A DNA stretch of 64,000 bases from Candidatus Methanophagales archaeon (GTDB lineage: Archaea; Halobacteriota; Syntropharchaeia; Alkanophagales; Methanospirareceae). Position numbers and translations under genes: made by a program. The stretch's first letter is position 1. The number at the start of each line of letters is the position of its first letter. The notes under the pieces are model-generated. The model saw nothing but the letters and a program-made list of their open reading frames with translations, did no database searches and was not told where the DNA came from. The DNA is taken from the NCBI GenBank assembly GCA_024699715.1, contig JANPRD010000010.1, forward strand, positions 39,159 through 103,158. The letters run 5' to 3'. This document shows, one piece after another, positions 31,801-42,678 of this stretch.

Positions 31801-32820
31801 CTAAATTCCCGCCCGCTCCATTATTTTTACCATGTCAAGCACACGACAGCAGTATCCCCACTCGTTGTCATACCACGCCAAGACCTTCACGAGAGAGGAG
31901 CCTTCCTCGCCAGCGGAGAGGACATTTGTTGAAAGTGCATCCACAACAGCGGAGAAAGGGCTTCCGATGAAGTCTGCGGAGACGAGAGGCTCCCTTTCAA
32001 CGGCGAGTATGCCTTTAAGTGTGCTGTGAGCGTAAGCTTCAAAAGCCTCGTTCACCTCTTCCGCACTTACGGTGGCTGCGACTTCCGCAACAAGGTCAAC
32101 GATGCTGACATCCGCAGTCGGAACACGAAGGGCGATGCCATCCATTTTTCCCGCAAGCTCAGGCATCACCTCACCGATTGAGACCGCTGCGCCTGTTGTC
32201 GTCGGTATTATTGAGAGTGCTGCTGCTCTTGCTCGCCTCAAGTCACGATGCTTCTTGTCCAATATGTTCTGGTCGTTCGTGTAAGCGTGGACTGTGGTCA
32301 TGAATCCCCGTTTGATGCCGAATTTCTCATTCAGAACCTTCGCAACAGGCGCCAAACAGTTCGTCGTGCAAGAAGCGAGCGAAATAATGTTGTGCTTCTC
32401 TGCGTCGTAAATCTCGTCGTTGACACCGGGGACAATCGTTGCGTCCACTCGCTTCGCAGGCGCAGTTATTATTACCTTCTTGCAGCCCGCTTTCAAGTGG
32501 CGAGACGCTTCCTCTCCACTCCTGAAAGCACCTGTCGCCTCAATAACGACATCAACGCCGAGCTCTCGCCACGGAAGCTTCTCTGGCTCCCTCTCCGAAA
32601 GCACTTTAATCGCTGCTCCGTTCACTTCAATCTCATCAGAGCCACGCACCCTTACCTCGCCATCGAACCTGCCGTGAACGGAGTCGTATTTTAGGAGATG
32701 AGCGGTTGCCCTCGCATCCGTCAGGCTGTTCACCGCCACTATTTCCAAATCTGACTTCAACGCAACCCTCAAAAACACCTTTCCCATGCGACCGAAACCG
32801 TTTATGCCCACACGCACCAT
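31801..32820 (-). CDS. gap: type I (bacterial-type) glyceraldehyde-3-phosphate dehydrogenase
   Basis: GINGFGR, ASCTTNCLAP, TVHAYT, WYDNEWGY. Confidence 0.95.
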   Translation of the reverse strand: MVRVGINGFGRMGKVFLRVALKSDLEIVAVNSLTDARATAHLLKYDSVHGRFDGEVRVRGSDEIEVNGAAIKVLSEREPEKLPWRELGVDVVIEATGAFRSGEEASRHLKAGCKKVIITAPAKRVDATIVPGVNDEIYDAEKHNIISLASCTTNCLAPVAKVLNEKFGIKRGFMTTVHAYTNDQNILDKKHRDLRRARAAALSIIPTTTGAAVSIGEVMPELAGKMDGIALRVPTADVSIVDLVAEVAATVSAEEVNEAFEAYAHSTLKGILAVEREPLVSADFIGSPFSAVVDALSTNVLSAGEEGSSLVKVLAWYDNEWGYCCRVLDMVKIMERAGI

Positions 32821-32912
32821 ACTCTGAAATTTGCATCTGAAAAAATCTCGCTTTCTCCCAACTGACCACACAGAACCCGAAAGTAAAGAAAGTGCGTAAT
32901 ATAACAACGAGA

Positions 32913-34883
32913 CTAAAAGGAGCGGTAAATTAAAGAGCGTCTGCGGCAGTGTTCCCGTATGATATCTGCTCTCGTAATTATTCCGAGCAGTTCCATCTCC
33001 CCGCTCCTCTTCTCTTGAACCTCGCCTCCTCCACTACTGCTGCTGACCATGCCTCTGCTTCCCGCTCCTCCCGCTGCTGATGCGGTAGCGTCCTCTCGCT
33101 TCACAACAGGCAGCCTTCCGACACCGTATTTTTCCATTCGCTGCAGAGCATCCTCCAAAAACTCGTCTGGGTATGCGACAACAACCTCACGCACGCAAAT
33201 TTCGCCAACACGAGCGTCAGATTTTCCCTCCTCACGAGCCCGCTCCAAGTCAGGAATGGAGACAATTCCGACCATTTTCTTCCACTCGTTCACCACAGGG
33301 TAAACAACATGTCCATGCTCTTCTGCGAAGTGCAACGCCTCCGCAACAGTCATATCTTCAGGAATCGTAATCAAATCCTTCGCCTTCGTGCATGCTTCTG
33401 CGACTCTAATGCCCTCAAGCAAATCAACGAAGAACTCCCTGCGGTGCGCTGGCGACTCCCTCCTCGTTTCTGTCTGCTCCGGGTAAATTGTCCATTTTCC
33501 GCTGAGCATGTAAGCGGGGACGATTGCAAGCAACGCAGGAACAAAAAGCTCGTAAGAGCCTGAAATCTCGCAGACAACGAAGAGCGATGTGAGCGGTGCG
33601 TTCGCAGCGGCGGCGAAAAAAGCAGCAGCGCCGACCAACGCAAAAACCCATGGTTCAGCACCCATGCCCGGAAAAAGCATGCGGAATATTTCGCCGAGCA
33701 TTCCGCCGAGAGCAGCACCAACCGTCAGCGATGGAATGAAAGAGCCACCGCTCCCCCCAGAACCGAGCGTTAAGGAAGTGGCGAGAATTTTCGCAACCGC
33801 CACACAGACAAGAACCGCAAGTGAGAGATTCCCGTAGAAAGCGAGCTGAATGAAGCCGTAGCCACCGCCGAGAATGCCTGAAGTGAGGGCGAGCTCAGCG
33901 TCTTCGTCTCCACTGAGAGCGCTCACGAAGAGGTATGAGAGGAGGAAAACGCCACCGACAGAAAGACCGCCGAGAGCGGGCTTAAAATAATTTGGCACTC
34001 TTTTCAGCCTTCTGAAGAAAAAATCCTTCACAAGCGCAGAAATATGAGCGAAAAATATGGAAAATGGAACGCATAACATACCAAGAATGAGGAAGAAGGC
34101 GAGAGGAATGGGCTTAAGCAGGAAATTTATGTCGTATTCACGCATTTCATATATGTGTCCGAGACCAAGGAATGAGCAAGAGACGATGTAAGCGGAGATT
34201 GAGCATATTAATGCGGGAATTAAAGCCTCAACTTCCATGTCTCGCCTGTAAAGCGTCTCAATGCCGAAGAATGCGCCTCCGAGCGGTGATTTGAATATTG
34301 CAGCGATGCCTGCTCCTGCACCAGCAGCGACGAGCCTGCGCCTCTCCCGCTCACTGAACTTCAATCGCCTTACTCTGCCGAATAATGAGCCTATTGTTGC
34401 GCCGAGCATCGCACTTGGACCCTCACGACCCGCACTTCCGCCTGTTGATATTGTCAGAACGCTGCATACGCCTCTCAAAAATCCCTCTTTTGCTGAAATC
34501 TCACCTCTTTTGTTGTGAAATGCATCTATGAACACGCCCGTCTCATGCAATTCGGATGCCCGTTCCGCTTCAATGAAACGAAACTTCAGGATTCCGACGA
34601 GAATTCCGCCGAATGCGGGAATTGAGGCGAGGAGAAGCAGAAGCAAAGGAGAAGAGAACGCTCCTCTGCCGAAGAGGGCGTTGAAATGAAAGAACTCCTT
34701 CTCGTGAGCGGGAGCGGGCATCTCGTAAGCGCCGAGATTACCCAAGAAGTGCAGGAAAAACGGCGAAAAGAAGTTCAACGCAAAGAAAAAGAGGACAATT
34801 CCGAGACCCACGAGGACGCCGACGAGTGCATAATGAAATGTCAGCTTGCCCCATGTCTCCAGTTCCTTCAACTCGTGAGCCAT
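32913..34883 (-). CDS. ClC chloride channel/antiporter with a CBS pair
   Basis: GREGP, GGSFIP, C-terminal CBS domains. Confidence 0.9.
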   Translation of the reverse strand: MAHELKELETWGKLTFHYALVGVLVGLGIVLFFFALNFFSPFFLHFLGNLGAYEMPAPAHEKEFFHFNALFGRGAFSSPLLLLLLASIPAFGGILVGILKFRFIEAERASELHETGVFIDAFHNKRGEISAKEGFLRGVCSVLTISTGGSAGREGPSAMLGATIGSLFGRVRRLKFSERERRRLVAAGAGAGIAAIFKSPLGGAFFGIETLYRRDMEVEALIPALICSISAYIVSCSFLGLGHIYEMREYDINFLLKPIPLAFFLILGMLCVPFSIFFAHISALVKDFFFRRLKRVPNYFKPALGGLSVGGVFLLSYLFVSALSGDEDAELALTSGILGGGYGFIQLAFYGNLSLAVLVCVAVAKILATSLTLGSGGSGGSFIPSLTVGAALGGMLGEIFRMLFPGMGAEPWVFALVGAAAFFAAAANAPLTSLFVVCEISGSYELFVPALLAIVPAYMLSGKWTIYPEQTETRRESPAHRREFFVDLLEGIRVAEACTKAKDLITIPEDMTVAEALHFAEEHGHVVYPVVNEWKKMVGIVSIPDLERAREEGKSDARVGEICVREVVVAYPDEFLEDALQRMEKYGVGRLPVVKREDATASAAGGAGSRGMVSSSSGGGEVQEKRSGEMELLGIITRADIIREHCRRRSLIYRSF

Positions 34884-35120
34884 CCCCTCGCTTCACCCTC
34901 TCGCTTCCAACGAACCCTCTGCACTCCCCTCTGCTCTCTACTCTCGCACTCCCGCACTCTTCTCTCTTGAGCCAGACCTTTACTCTCCCATCTCCCTTCT
35001 CTCCCTTTTTTATTTAAAATTTTCCCTTCTTTAATGCTTTCTGCAGACATACTGCTTTTAACGAATGCGAGGAATAGAAGAATTAAATAAGTGGAGTAAG
35101 GAAAATGAGGAGCGGATGAA

Positions 35121-36080
35121 ATGAAGTGCAGTAAGTGTGGCAAGAAAGCGGTGATTTATCAGAAGTATTCGGGTCTTTATCTATGCAAGGAGCATTTTTT
35201 GGATGATGTTGAGCGTAAAGTGAGGGCAGAGATGCGAAGATTCAGGATGATTGAGCGGAATGACTGCATTGCTGTTGCGTTAAGTGGGGGAAAGGACAGC
35301 TCAACGCTCCTTTTCCTGCTAAAAAAGATATTAGGGCATCGTGAAGACTTGGAATTTGTGGCGATTTCAATAAACGAGGGCATAAAAGGCTACCGAGAGA
35401 AAATGCTTGAGAATGCTCGCAAGTTCGCCTCTTCGCTGAATGTGCCTCACTTCGTATTTTCGTTCAAGGAAGAATTCGGCTTCTCCACCGACGACTTCGC
35501 AAATGCGGGGTTTGAGCAGGCGCCTTGCTCCTTCTGCGGTGTTTTGCGTCGCAAGCTGCTTGAGCGAAAGGCTCGTGAGCTCGGAGCGACAAAAATCGCA
35601 ATCGCTCACAACCTTGACGACGAGGCACAAACGGTCTTGCTGAATTATTTGAAGGGCGACTTTGAGCGCCTGCTTCGCCTCAATTCTCGCAGAGAAGAGT
35701 TCATACCTCGCATAAAACCCCTCCGTTCAGTGCCAGAGAAGGAAGTCGCTCTCTTCGCAATACTCAAAAACATCCCTTTCAGCGTTTCAGAATGCCCTTA
35801 TTTGCGTAAATCTCTCCGCTTTTCGGTGAAGAAATTGCTTAATGAGATTGAGCGACAGCACGCAGGCATCAAATATTCTCTCGTGAGGGGATATGAGCGT
35901 CTTGTTGAGCTCCTGCCGAAGCCTGCGTTTGAACTGCAGCGCTGTGAAATCTGCGGAGAGCCTTCCGCTTCAAAAATATGCAAGGCTTGCGAAATGCTAC
36001 TGCGTTTGCAAAAGCTCACAAAAAACAACAAAAGCAAGAGGGAATTTAACAAAGGGTCATTCAGAAGATTTGATGCTTGA
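35121..36080 (+). CDS. tRNA 2-thiolation protein (TtuA/NcsA family)
   Basis: N- and C-terminal Zn fingers, SGGKDS, CSFCGVLRR, HNLDDE. Confidence 0.9.
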   Translation: MKCSKCGKKAVIYQKYSGLYLCKEHFLDDVERKVRAEMRRFRMIERNDCIAVALSGGKDSSTLLFLLKKILGHREDLEFVAISINEGIKGYREKMLENARKFASSLNVPHFVFSFKEEFGFSTDDFANAGFEQAPCSFCGVLRRKLLERKARELGATKIAIAHNLDDEAQTVLLNYLKGDFERLLRLNSRREEFIPRIKPLRSVPEKEVALFAILKNIPFSVSECPYLRKSLRFSVKKLLNEIERQHAGIKYSLVRGYERLVELLPKPAFELQRCEICGEPSASKICKACEMLLRLQKLTKNNKSKREFNKGSFRRFDA

Positions 36081-36917
36081 GGGGCGGAAAACGAGTTTTA
36101 AGAAGTCATCTACGAAGTTTAACGCTTCAGGAAGGAAAATAAAAACAGCATAAGCGATTAGAATGAGCGAGAAAAGGACAAAAATCCTCGCAATTATGTT
36201 GTGAGCGATGTCAAAACTGTCAATAGGTGTGCTTCCGAACAAATTTAAGAAGTAAGCGGCGCAGACAAACACATTTCTCAAGAGGTTCAACGCAAGAATC
36301 GTGGGAACAGAGACAAGAAATGCCTTCACTCTACGCCTCGCAGGTGCGGAGACGCCGAGTGTCAGTCCTGCGAAGAGAGCGACGCTCTGAATCGCTGTGC
36401 ATGCCAAAATTATCTCAATTGGCTTGTAAATTTCGTGGAATGTTGCGGATTTTGAGTATATATATGCAGGGTATTCCGTATAGGTTGGGATATTTAGTGC
36501 ATTCAAAAGCGAGGATACGGCGTAAGTATTTGCATAAATTAATGCATTTTTCAGAGCAAGAATCTCAGCAAATGAGAAATACACGACGGAAGCGAGCAAA
36601 GCGACCTTCGTTAGCGTGAAGAATGTGCTTTCAGATTGAGAGAAGCGAGTGGCGAGCAGGAAGCAGACGAGAGCGGAGAACGCAACGAAGAAAAGCGTCA
36701 TGACTGCGTCAAATTCTTCTCCGCTGCGCATGTATTTAGAGGCGTCAAGAGATGCGTAAGAAGCAACAGAGAGCCAAGCGAGGGCGTTCGTGAGCCTGAA
36801 CGCAACAAAGCTTCTCCCCGCTCCTTCCTCTGCTTGTGTGGGTTGCGAGATTTGCCAGAATTTGAGCGAGAGTGCGAAAAAGAAGAAGGCTGCGAGTGCC
36901 GAAATTTGAGACCACAT
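36057..36917 (-). CDS. artA: archaeosortase A
   Basis: IILACTAIQS catalytic Cys motif, NLLRN, AHNIIAR. Confidence 0.85.
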   Translation of the reverse strand: MWSQISALAAFFFFALSLKFWQISQPTQAEEGAGRSFVAFRLTNALAWLSVASYASLDASKYMRSGEEFDAVMTLFFVAFSALVCFLLATRFSQSESTFFTLTKVALLASVVYFSFAEILALKNALIYANTYAVSSLLNALNIPTYTEYPAYIYSKSATFHEIYKPIEIILACTAIQSVALFAGLTLGVSAPARRRVKAFLVSVPTILALNLLRNVFVCAAYFLNLFGSTPIDSFDIAHNIIARIFVLFSLILIAYAVFIFLPEALNFVDDFLKLVFRPSSIKSSE

Positions 36918-36926
36918 GCTCAAGAG

Positions 36927-38243
36927 TTAAAGACGCATGTAAAAAATGATGACGGGAAGGAGCAGGACGCCCATGCAATTGCTCCTCTTGACGCCCGCAT
37001 AGATGGGCAGTAGTCCGATTGAAGTCGCAACTGCGAGGACGAGAATGCCAAGCGTTCCTGAAAGAATGAATGTGAGTGCGACAAGAGAAATTGCGGTCAG
37101 GAGAAGGAAGAGTTTGTAGGGGATGCGTTCAAGAAGCGAGGCGAAATTTTTTCCGATGAAAATCGTCAAGAAGTAAGCGATAACGCCTGCAAAAATCGCA
37201 GAAATGAGCAGAAAGCAGAGTTCAGTGGGCGGAATAAGAGCATTCCAAGCGTAAATTGGCATTATTTCTTGTATTGCTAATGCGATTCCGCTCCTCGCTT
37301 TCATCAGAATGAAGAGAGTTGCGAGGCAGAAAATTGCGTTTGCGGTATTTACGGCGCTTAATGTCAAAATCACATGCTCAGGCGAGCGCTCTTTACGGAG
37401 GAGCATCGCAAGCACGGTTGCGTGTGCTGCGGTCACGCCCGGAAGAAAACTCACGAGCGTTCCTGAGGCTGAGCCGACCGCTGCGCTCTTAAACGCTGCC
37501 TTGAGCTCTAAGGAAACCTCTTCTCTTTGCTGCTTTGGGATTTCAGGCGTGTGAGCGAGCGAGAAAAGGACAGTTGAGAGACCGAAAAGTCCTGTGAGTG
37601 CAGGAAAGAGGGCATTTGTGCTGAAATTGAAGAAAGGGCTGCGCAAGTTGAAGTTCAAAATGAGCATTCCGAATATGCCTGAAAGCGTGAATACGGCGGA
37701 AGATGCGAGAATCGCCTCAAAAGGCTCCATTATTTCTGTGAAACTTTCAGTGAGAATGAGCAGAAGGGATATTCCAATTAAAATGTAAGGCATAAAAGCA
37801 CGAATGAATTCGTAGAAGTGCATGTGCGAGAGGAAAAACTTGAAGGGCATCAGGAATAAGAAAGAGCAGATGAGCGCAAGAAAGCTTCCTGCAGCGGAGA
37901 GTCTCACTGCTTCGTATGCTCTTCCTTCAAGGAGAAGGTGGTGAGCAGGCAAAACACAGAGAGCGGTGTCGCCTTCAGGCGCTCCTACGAAAGCAGCAGG
38001 AATGAAAGAGAGGAAAGTGTGTGTGATTGATGCTGCTATTAGCAGAGATGCGAGAAGCATGGGAATATGCGTAGCGGGTAAGAAAGCGGAGAGCGGGTGA
38101 GAAAGCGCTGGCAAAAGAGAGAGCAGAATGAGAGCCACATTGTTCGGGTGGATTCCTGGAATAATGCCTGTTGCTGTTCCAAGTAGGACACCTATGAGTG
38201 AAAATGCGAGCAGCCATAAGAGTGAAGGCTCGGCGGCAAGCAT
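36927..38243 (-). CDS. TctA/DUF112 family membrane protein
   Basis: GIIPGIHPN, LPAH, LTGLFG, FLPG, MGVLLLP. Confidence 0.85.
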   Translation of the reverse strand: MLAAEPSLLWLLAFSLIGVLLGTATGIIPGIHPNNVALILLSLLPALSHPLSAFLPATHIPMLLASLLIAASITHTFLSFIPAAFVGAPEGDTALCVLPAHHLLLEGRAYEAVRLSAAGSFLALICSFLFLMPFKFFLSHMHFYEFIRAFMPYILIGISLLLILTESFTEIMEPFEAILASSAVFTLSGIFGMLILNFNLRSPFFNFSTNALFPALTGLFGLSTVLFSLAHTPEIPKQQREEVSLELKAAFKSAAVGSASGTLVSFLPGVTAAHATVLAMLLRKERSPEHVILTLSAVNTANAIFCLATLFILMKARSGIALAIQEIMPIYAWNALIPPTELCFLLISAIFAGVIAYFLTIFIGKNFASLLERIPYKLFLLLTAISLVALTFILSGTLGILVLAVATSIGLLPIYAGVKRSNCMGVLLLPVIIFYMRL

Positions 38244-38287
38244 TCCCCATATTTTTCCACCAAAATCCAAAAATAAAAGAGAGCGAG

Positions 38288-39079
38288 ATGGCTCACGAGA
38301 GTCACGAGAGCAAGGCACCCGCTGGAGCCGGGGAGGCGGAAGCGGTGGAAGTCACTGTGGTCTTGCCTGCGCATAACGAAGCGGAGAGGATTGAGTGTGC
38401 AGTGGAAGAGACCGAGCGGGCGCTTTCTTCTTTCTGCCGCAGATACGAAATAATCATTGCGGAGGACGGAAGCACAGACAACACGGCGGAAATCGCTCGC
38501 AAGATTGCTGAGAAGCGGAAAAATGTCAGATTCATGCACAGCGATGAGCGTTTAGGGCGTGGTAGAGCGCTGAACAGAGCATTTAAAAAGGCAAGAGGCG
38601 AAGTTCTCGCTTACATTGATGTTGACCTTTCAACAGATATGAGGCATCTTCGTGAGTTAATTGATGCGATAAGGGTTGAGAAATACGATTTTGCGACGGG
38701 TTCAAGGCTTCTGAAGGCTTCGCACACCCAAAGGTCTCTCAAGCGGGAGGCGATGAGCAGGCTCTACAATTTTCTTGTGCGCTTGTTGCTCCGCTCAAAG
38801 CTGCGAGACCACCAGTGCGGATTCAAAGCGTTCAGCAGGGACGCACTTTTCAGCATTCTTGACGAAGTTGAGGACAAACACTGGTTCTGGGACACCGAAC
38901 TGCTCGTGAAAGCGCAGTGGCGAGGCTTCAGCGTGAAGGAAATTCCCGTGCATTGGGAAGAGCGGAGCGGAGGAACGAAAGTGAAACTGCTCAAAGACAG
39001 CATTTCAATGCTCTCAAATGTGCTGAAAATGTGGCTCAATGAAAGATGTGGTGAGCGTGGGAAGGGGAAAGGTTTTTAA
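38288..39079 (+). CDS. GT2 dolichyl-phosphate glycosyltransferase-like
   Basis: PAHNE, EDGSTD, DVDL, DHQCGFKAF, WFWDTELL. Confidence 0.9.
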   Translation: MAHESHESKAPAGAGEAEAVEVTVVLPAHNEAERIECAVEETERALSSFCRRYEIIIAEDGSTDNTAEIARKIAEKRKNVRFMHSDERLGRGRALNRAFKKARGEVLAYIDVDLSTDMRHLRELIDAIRVEKYDFATGSRLLKASHTQRSLKREAMSRLYNFLVRLLLRSKLRDHQCGFKAFSRDALFSILDEVEDKHWFWDTELLVKAQWRGFSVKEIPVHWEERSGGTKVKLLKDSISMLSNVLKMWLNERCGERGKGKGF

Positions 39080-39101
39080 GTAAGACTTGCAAGTTTCCCT
39101 C

Positions 39102-39869
39102 ATGGAAAACAGATTTGTTGTTCTCGTTGCTTTTCTCGCATGTCTCGGAGGTTTCGCAGCAGGCATCGCATTCGGCTTCTCCTACGCAACACCGCCGCAA
39201 TCGCAGCCAACGCAGCCAACCGCAACCCCGTCGCATGTGATAAGTCCTGAAGATGCTGGAAATAAGGCTCTTGACTTCGTCTCTCGCACTTTCGGCGCCA
39301 AAGCAGAGCTAATAAATGTTTCAGAGGTGCGAAATGCCGAGCTTTATGAGGTCTCGCTGAACATTTCAGACATAAGAGGCACGCACAAAGAGAAAATTTA
39401 CATCACAAAGGACGGAAGAACCGCTTTCTTCGGCGGTATGCTCGTTCCAGAACGGGAGACAATCGGGAATTTCCTTGTCAGCGGTGAGGAAGTATGCAAG
39501 GAGGATGGGAAACCTGTCGTTTACTTTTTCGGGCACTCAGGCTGTCCGCACTGCCTCTGGGAGCATCCGATTTTTGAGAATGTCACCGCAAATTTCACCG
39601 ATTTCATTTCCGTGCATGACAACTTTGACAACTTCACCGCTGACGAGGAAGTGTTCTCGTTGTTCAGCCCTCGTGGATATGTTCCCACGATTGTTCTCGG
39701 CTGCAAATTCTACCGAGTAGGCTCTGGCGAAACTCAAGGCGAAAGGGAGGAAGAGGCGAAAGAGGAAGAGGCGAAAGTCCTCACCGCTCTTATTTGCGAG
39801 CTCACAGGCGGGAAGCCTGAAAATGTGTGCAACGCTCCCGAAATTCGTGAGTTGCGAGAGAAGATTTGA
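39102..39869 (+). CDS. membrane-anchored thioredoxin-fold protein (CPHC)
   Basis: N-terminal TM, YITKDG DsbC-like segment, CPHC, VPT cis-Pro loop. Confidence 0.75.
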   Translation: MENRFVVLVAFLACLGGFAAGIAFGFSYATPPQSQPTQPTATPSHVISPEDAGNKALDFVSRTFGAKAELINVSEVRNAELYEVSLNISDIRGTHKEKIYITKDGRTAFFGGMLVPERETIGNFLVSGEEVCKEDGKPVVYFFGHSGCPHCLWEHPIFENVTANFTDFISVHDNFDNFTADEEVFSLFSPRGYVPTIVLGCKFYRVGSGETQGEREEEAKEEEAKVLTALICELTGGKPENVCNAPEIRELREKI

Positions 39870-40182
39870 GCGGGGAACGATGACGGCGAAAGCCTGAAAA
39901 GCACCTCAACGAAAATTACTCGGTGTGTTCAGCGTAAGGAGATGAGCAATAGAAAGATGAACCTGCGGCCCTGTGCTTTGGCGTCAGCTCGCATCAAGGA
40001 GGATGTTGCATGGTAGCGAAGGTAAGGAGAGAAGACCCTGGAGAGTCCTAAATGGAGGCAGAGCATTAAGCAAATGAACATATTAGGTAAGAGTTGAGGA
40101 GGGGGATAATAAACAAGATGTCATGGAGCGGTGTAAAGTAAGGAGGTGAGGAGCGGAAGCAGTGGGTCTTCACTCTTATACG

Positions 40183-42678
40183 ATGAATGAAAATGCAAAA
40201 ATAAAGTATATTTCGCATCCTTTATTGAAGGAAAGGACGGTAGAGGAGCGGAAATATCAAATTTCAATCGCAAGAGCTGCAGAGAAGGCATCAACGATGG
40301 TCATTCTGCCCACTGGACTGGGTAAAACAACGATTGCCTTGCTCGTCATTCTGAAAAAACTTGAAGAGGCGGGTGCTTCGTTGAGCGGAGGCGAGGAAAA
40401 AGAGAGGGGGCGAAGAGGGGGCGAGTGCGGAGCGGGAAGAGGCAAAATCCTTTTCCTCGCACCGACGAGACCGCTTGTGGAGCAGCATGCCGCATTCTTG
40501 CGTAATGTATTGAATATAAATCCGAGCAGCGTGGTCGTCTTCACTGGAAGCATTTCGGCAAAGAAGCGCTCTTCGCTTTGGAATGATGCTCTTATTGTTG
40601 TTGCGACGCCTCAAGTGATTGAGAATGATTTGCTCGCTGGTCGTATTTCGCTTGAAGATGTCGTCCTCGTTGTATTTGACGAGTGCCACAGAGCAGTCGG
40701 CAATTATTCCTATGTTTTCATCGCTGAAAAATACAGAGAGCAGGCGAAGAAGCCTCATGTCTTGGGTCTGACCGCATCTCCCGGAAGCGAGAAGGAGCGA
40801 ATAATGGCTGTTTGCGAAGCATTAGGCATTCAAAGAATAGAGAGTCGCAGCGAATATGATGCAGATGTCGCTCCATATGTGCATAAGAAGAAGATAGAAT
40901 GGGTTGAGATTGATGTTCCAGATGCGATAAAGAAGCAGAAGCGAGTTTTAGAAGAACTGCTTAATGCTCGCTTGCGAGAAATTTCAAAACTCGGGTTCCA
41001 CTGTGGTAAAACGAAGACCGCACTGCTTGAGCTTGGCGAGGAATTGAAGCGCATGCTTGAAGAGGGCGAGAGGCATCACGACATATTTGAAGCGCTCTCT
41101 CTGCAGACGGAGGCGATGAAAATCAGACATGCGATTGACCTGCTCACATCAGAAGGCATTTTCTCGCTGCGAAAATATTTTGAGCGACTGCTGAACGAGG
41201 CACGCTCAAAGAAGAGCAGAGCTGCCCGCAGACTGCTCGCTGATGAGCGTTTTGTGAGTGCGATGGTCACCGTTCTGAACTACAAAGGCGAGCATCCCAA
41301 GCTGAACGCTCTCGTGGATGTCATCAGGCGAGAGATAAGGAGGAATCCTGACACGAGAATCATCATTTTCACGGAATTTCGTGACAGTGTTGAGATGATT
41401 TTAGGTGCATTTTCGGCACTCAACCTTGAAAGAGAGGGCATTAGGGCGGTGAAATTTGTTGGTCAAGCGTCAAAAGGAGACGAGAGGGGATTGAAGCAGA
41501 GGGAGCAGGTTGAAATTATTGAGAAGTTCAAGCGAGGAGAGTTCAACACTTTAGTTGCGACTTCTGTCGCTGAAGAGGGCTTGGATATTCCCTCAACGGA
41601 CTTGGTGATTTTCTACGAGCCAATTCCTTCGGCAATCAGAAGCATTCAACGCAAGGGTCGCACAGGCAGGCTCCGCTTCGGCAGGGTCGTCGTTTTGATT
41701 GCGAAAGGCACGAAGGACGAGGCTTACTACTGGCGCTCAAGGCGAAGGGAGATTGAAATGAGGCGCAGAATCGCAGAACTGAAATCGCAGTTTTCAGCGA
41801 TGCAGCGTTCTTCGCTGCGAGAAGTGCGAGAGCGTCGTGAAGAAGAGGCGAAAAATGAAATTGCGAATGGTGCTGAGAGTGCGACGGTGGCAGAGGCGAA
41901 GGAGCGGACGAACGAGTTCGCAGTGCAAAGTGGTGGATTTGAGGAGGCGGAAGAGGAAGAGGTAGAGAAAGAGGAAGAGAAAGGAAGAGGCGAGGTGAAG
42001 CAGCGGAGGCTGACGGATTTTTTTCGTTTAACGGTTTTAGTTGACCACAGGGAGCGGAAAGCGAGGGTTGCGGATTTCCTTCGCCTTTCAGGCGTTGAAG
42101 TGAAGTTCTCGCATTTAGAAGTCGGCGACTATTTGATTTCAGAGCGGCTTTGCGTTGAGCGTAAGACAGTAAGCGATTTCTTGGACACGCTTCTCAACGA
42201 GAAGAGGGACTTGCTACGCCAGATTCAGCGCCTGCGTTCAGCATACGAGCGTCCTCTGCTTGTCATTGAAGGCGATTCCGCATACGGACTGAGGGATGTG
42301 CCTGCGAATGTTGTTAGAGGCGTCCTTGCTGCGATTGCCGTTGATTTCGCAGTTCCGATTCTGCAAACAAGAGACGAGATGGACACCGCATCACTGCTCT
42401 ATGTGCTTGCGAAAAGGGAGCAGGAAGAACGGCGAAGGCGCGTCAGACAACGCCAAAAGCCGAATGCAGAGCGGGCATCGCTGAAGGAAATTCAGGAGTT
42501 CCTCGTCGCATCACTGCCGGGCGTGGGCATGCTCACTGCGAGAAATATGCTGCGACACTTCAGAACGGTTGAACGCATATTCACCGCCTCAACTGAAGAG
42601 CTGCGTGAGGTGGAAGGCATCGGAAAGGCGAAAGCAGAGCGAATAAGAGGCATAATATCCGCAGAATACGAGGAATAA
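40183..42678 (+). CDS. hef: Hef (FANCM-like helicase plus ERCC4 nuclease and HhH)
   Basis: PTGLGKT, DECH, TSVAEEGLDIP, QRKGRTGR, VERK, HhH2. Confidence 0.95.
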   Translation: MNENAKIKYISHPLLKERTVEERKYQISIARAAEKASTMVILPTGLGKTTIALLVILKKLEEAGASLSGGEEKERGRRGGECGAGRGKILFLAPTRPLVEQHAAFLRNVLNINPSSVVVFTGSISAKKRSSLWNDALIVVATPQVIENDLLAGRISLEDVVLVVFDECHRAVGNYSYVFIAEKYREQAKKPHVLGLTASPGSEKERIMAVCEALGIQRIESRSEYDADVAPYVHKKKIEWVEIDVPDAIKKQKRVLEELLNARLREISKLGFHCGKTKTALLELGEELKRMLEEGERHHDIFEALSLQTEAMKIRHAIDLLTSEGIFSLRKYFERLLNEARSKKSRAARRLLADERFVSAMVTVLNYKGEHPKLNALVDVIRREIRRNPDTRIIIFTEFRDSVEMILGAFSALNLEREGIRAVKFVGQASKGDERGLKQREQVEIIEKFKRGEFNTLVATSVAEEGLDIPSTDLVIFYEPIPSAIRSIQRKGRTGRLRFGRVVVLIAKGTKDEAYYWRSRRREIEMRRRIAELKSQFSAMQRSSLREVRERREEEAKNEIANGAESATVAEAKERTNEFAVQSGGFEEAEEEEVEKEEEKGRGEVKQRRLTDFFRLTVLVDHRERKARVADFLRLSGVEVKFSHLEVGDYLISERLCVERKTVSDFLDTLLNEKRDLLRQIQRLRSAYERPLLVIEGDSAYGLRDVPANVVRGVLAAIAVDFAVPILQTRDEMDTASLLYVLAKREQEERRRRVRQRQKPNAERASLKEIQEFLVASLPGVGMLTARNMLRHFRTVERIFTASTEELREVEGIGKAKAERIRGIISAEYEE

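Noticed and set aside
39870-39935. Hammerhead ribozyme or C/D box RNA (GATGAC-GGC-GAAA-GCC-TGAAA)
   Set aside because: It lacks the CUGANGA core, stems I and III do not form convincingly, and no second C'/D' pair is clear.
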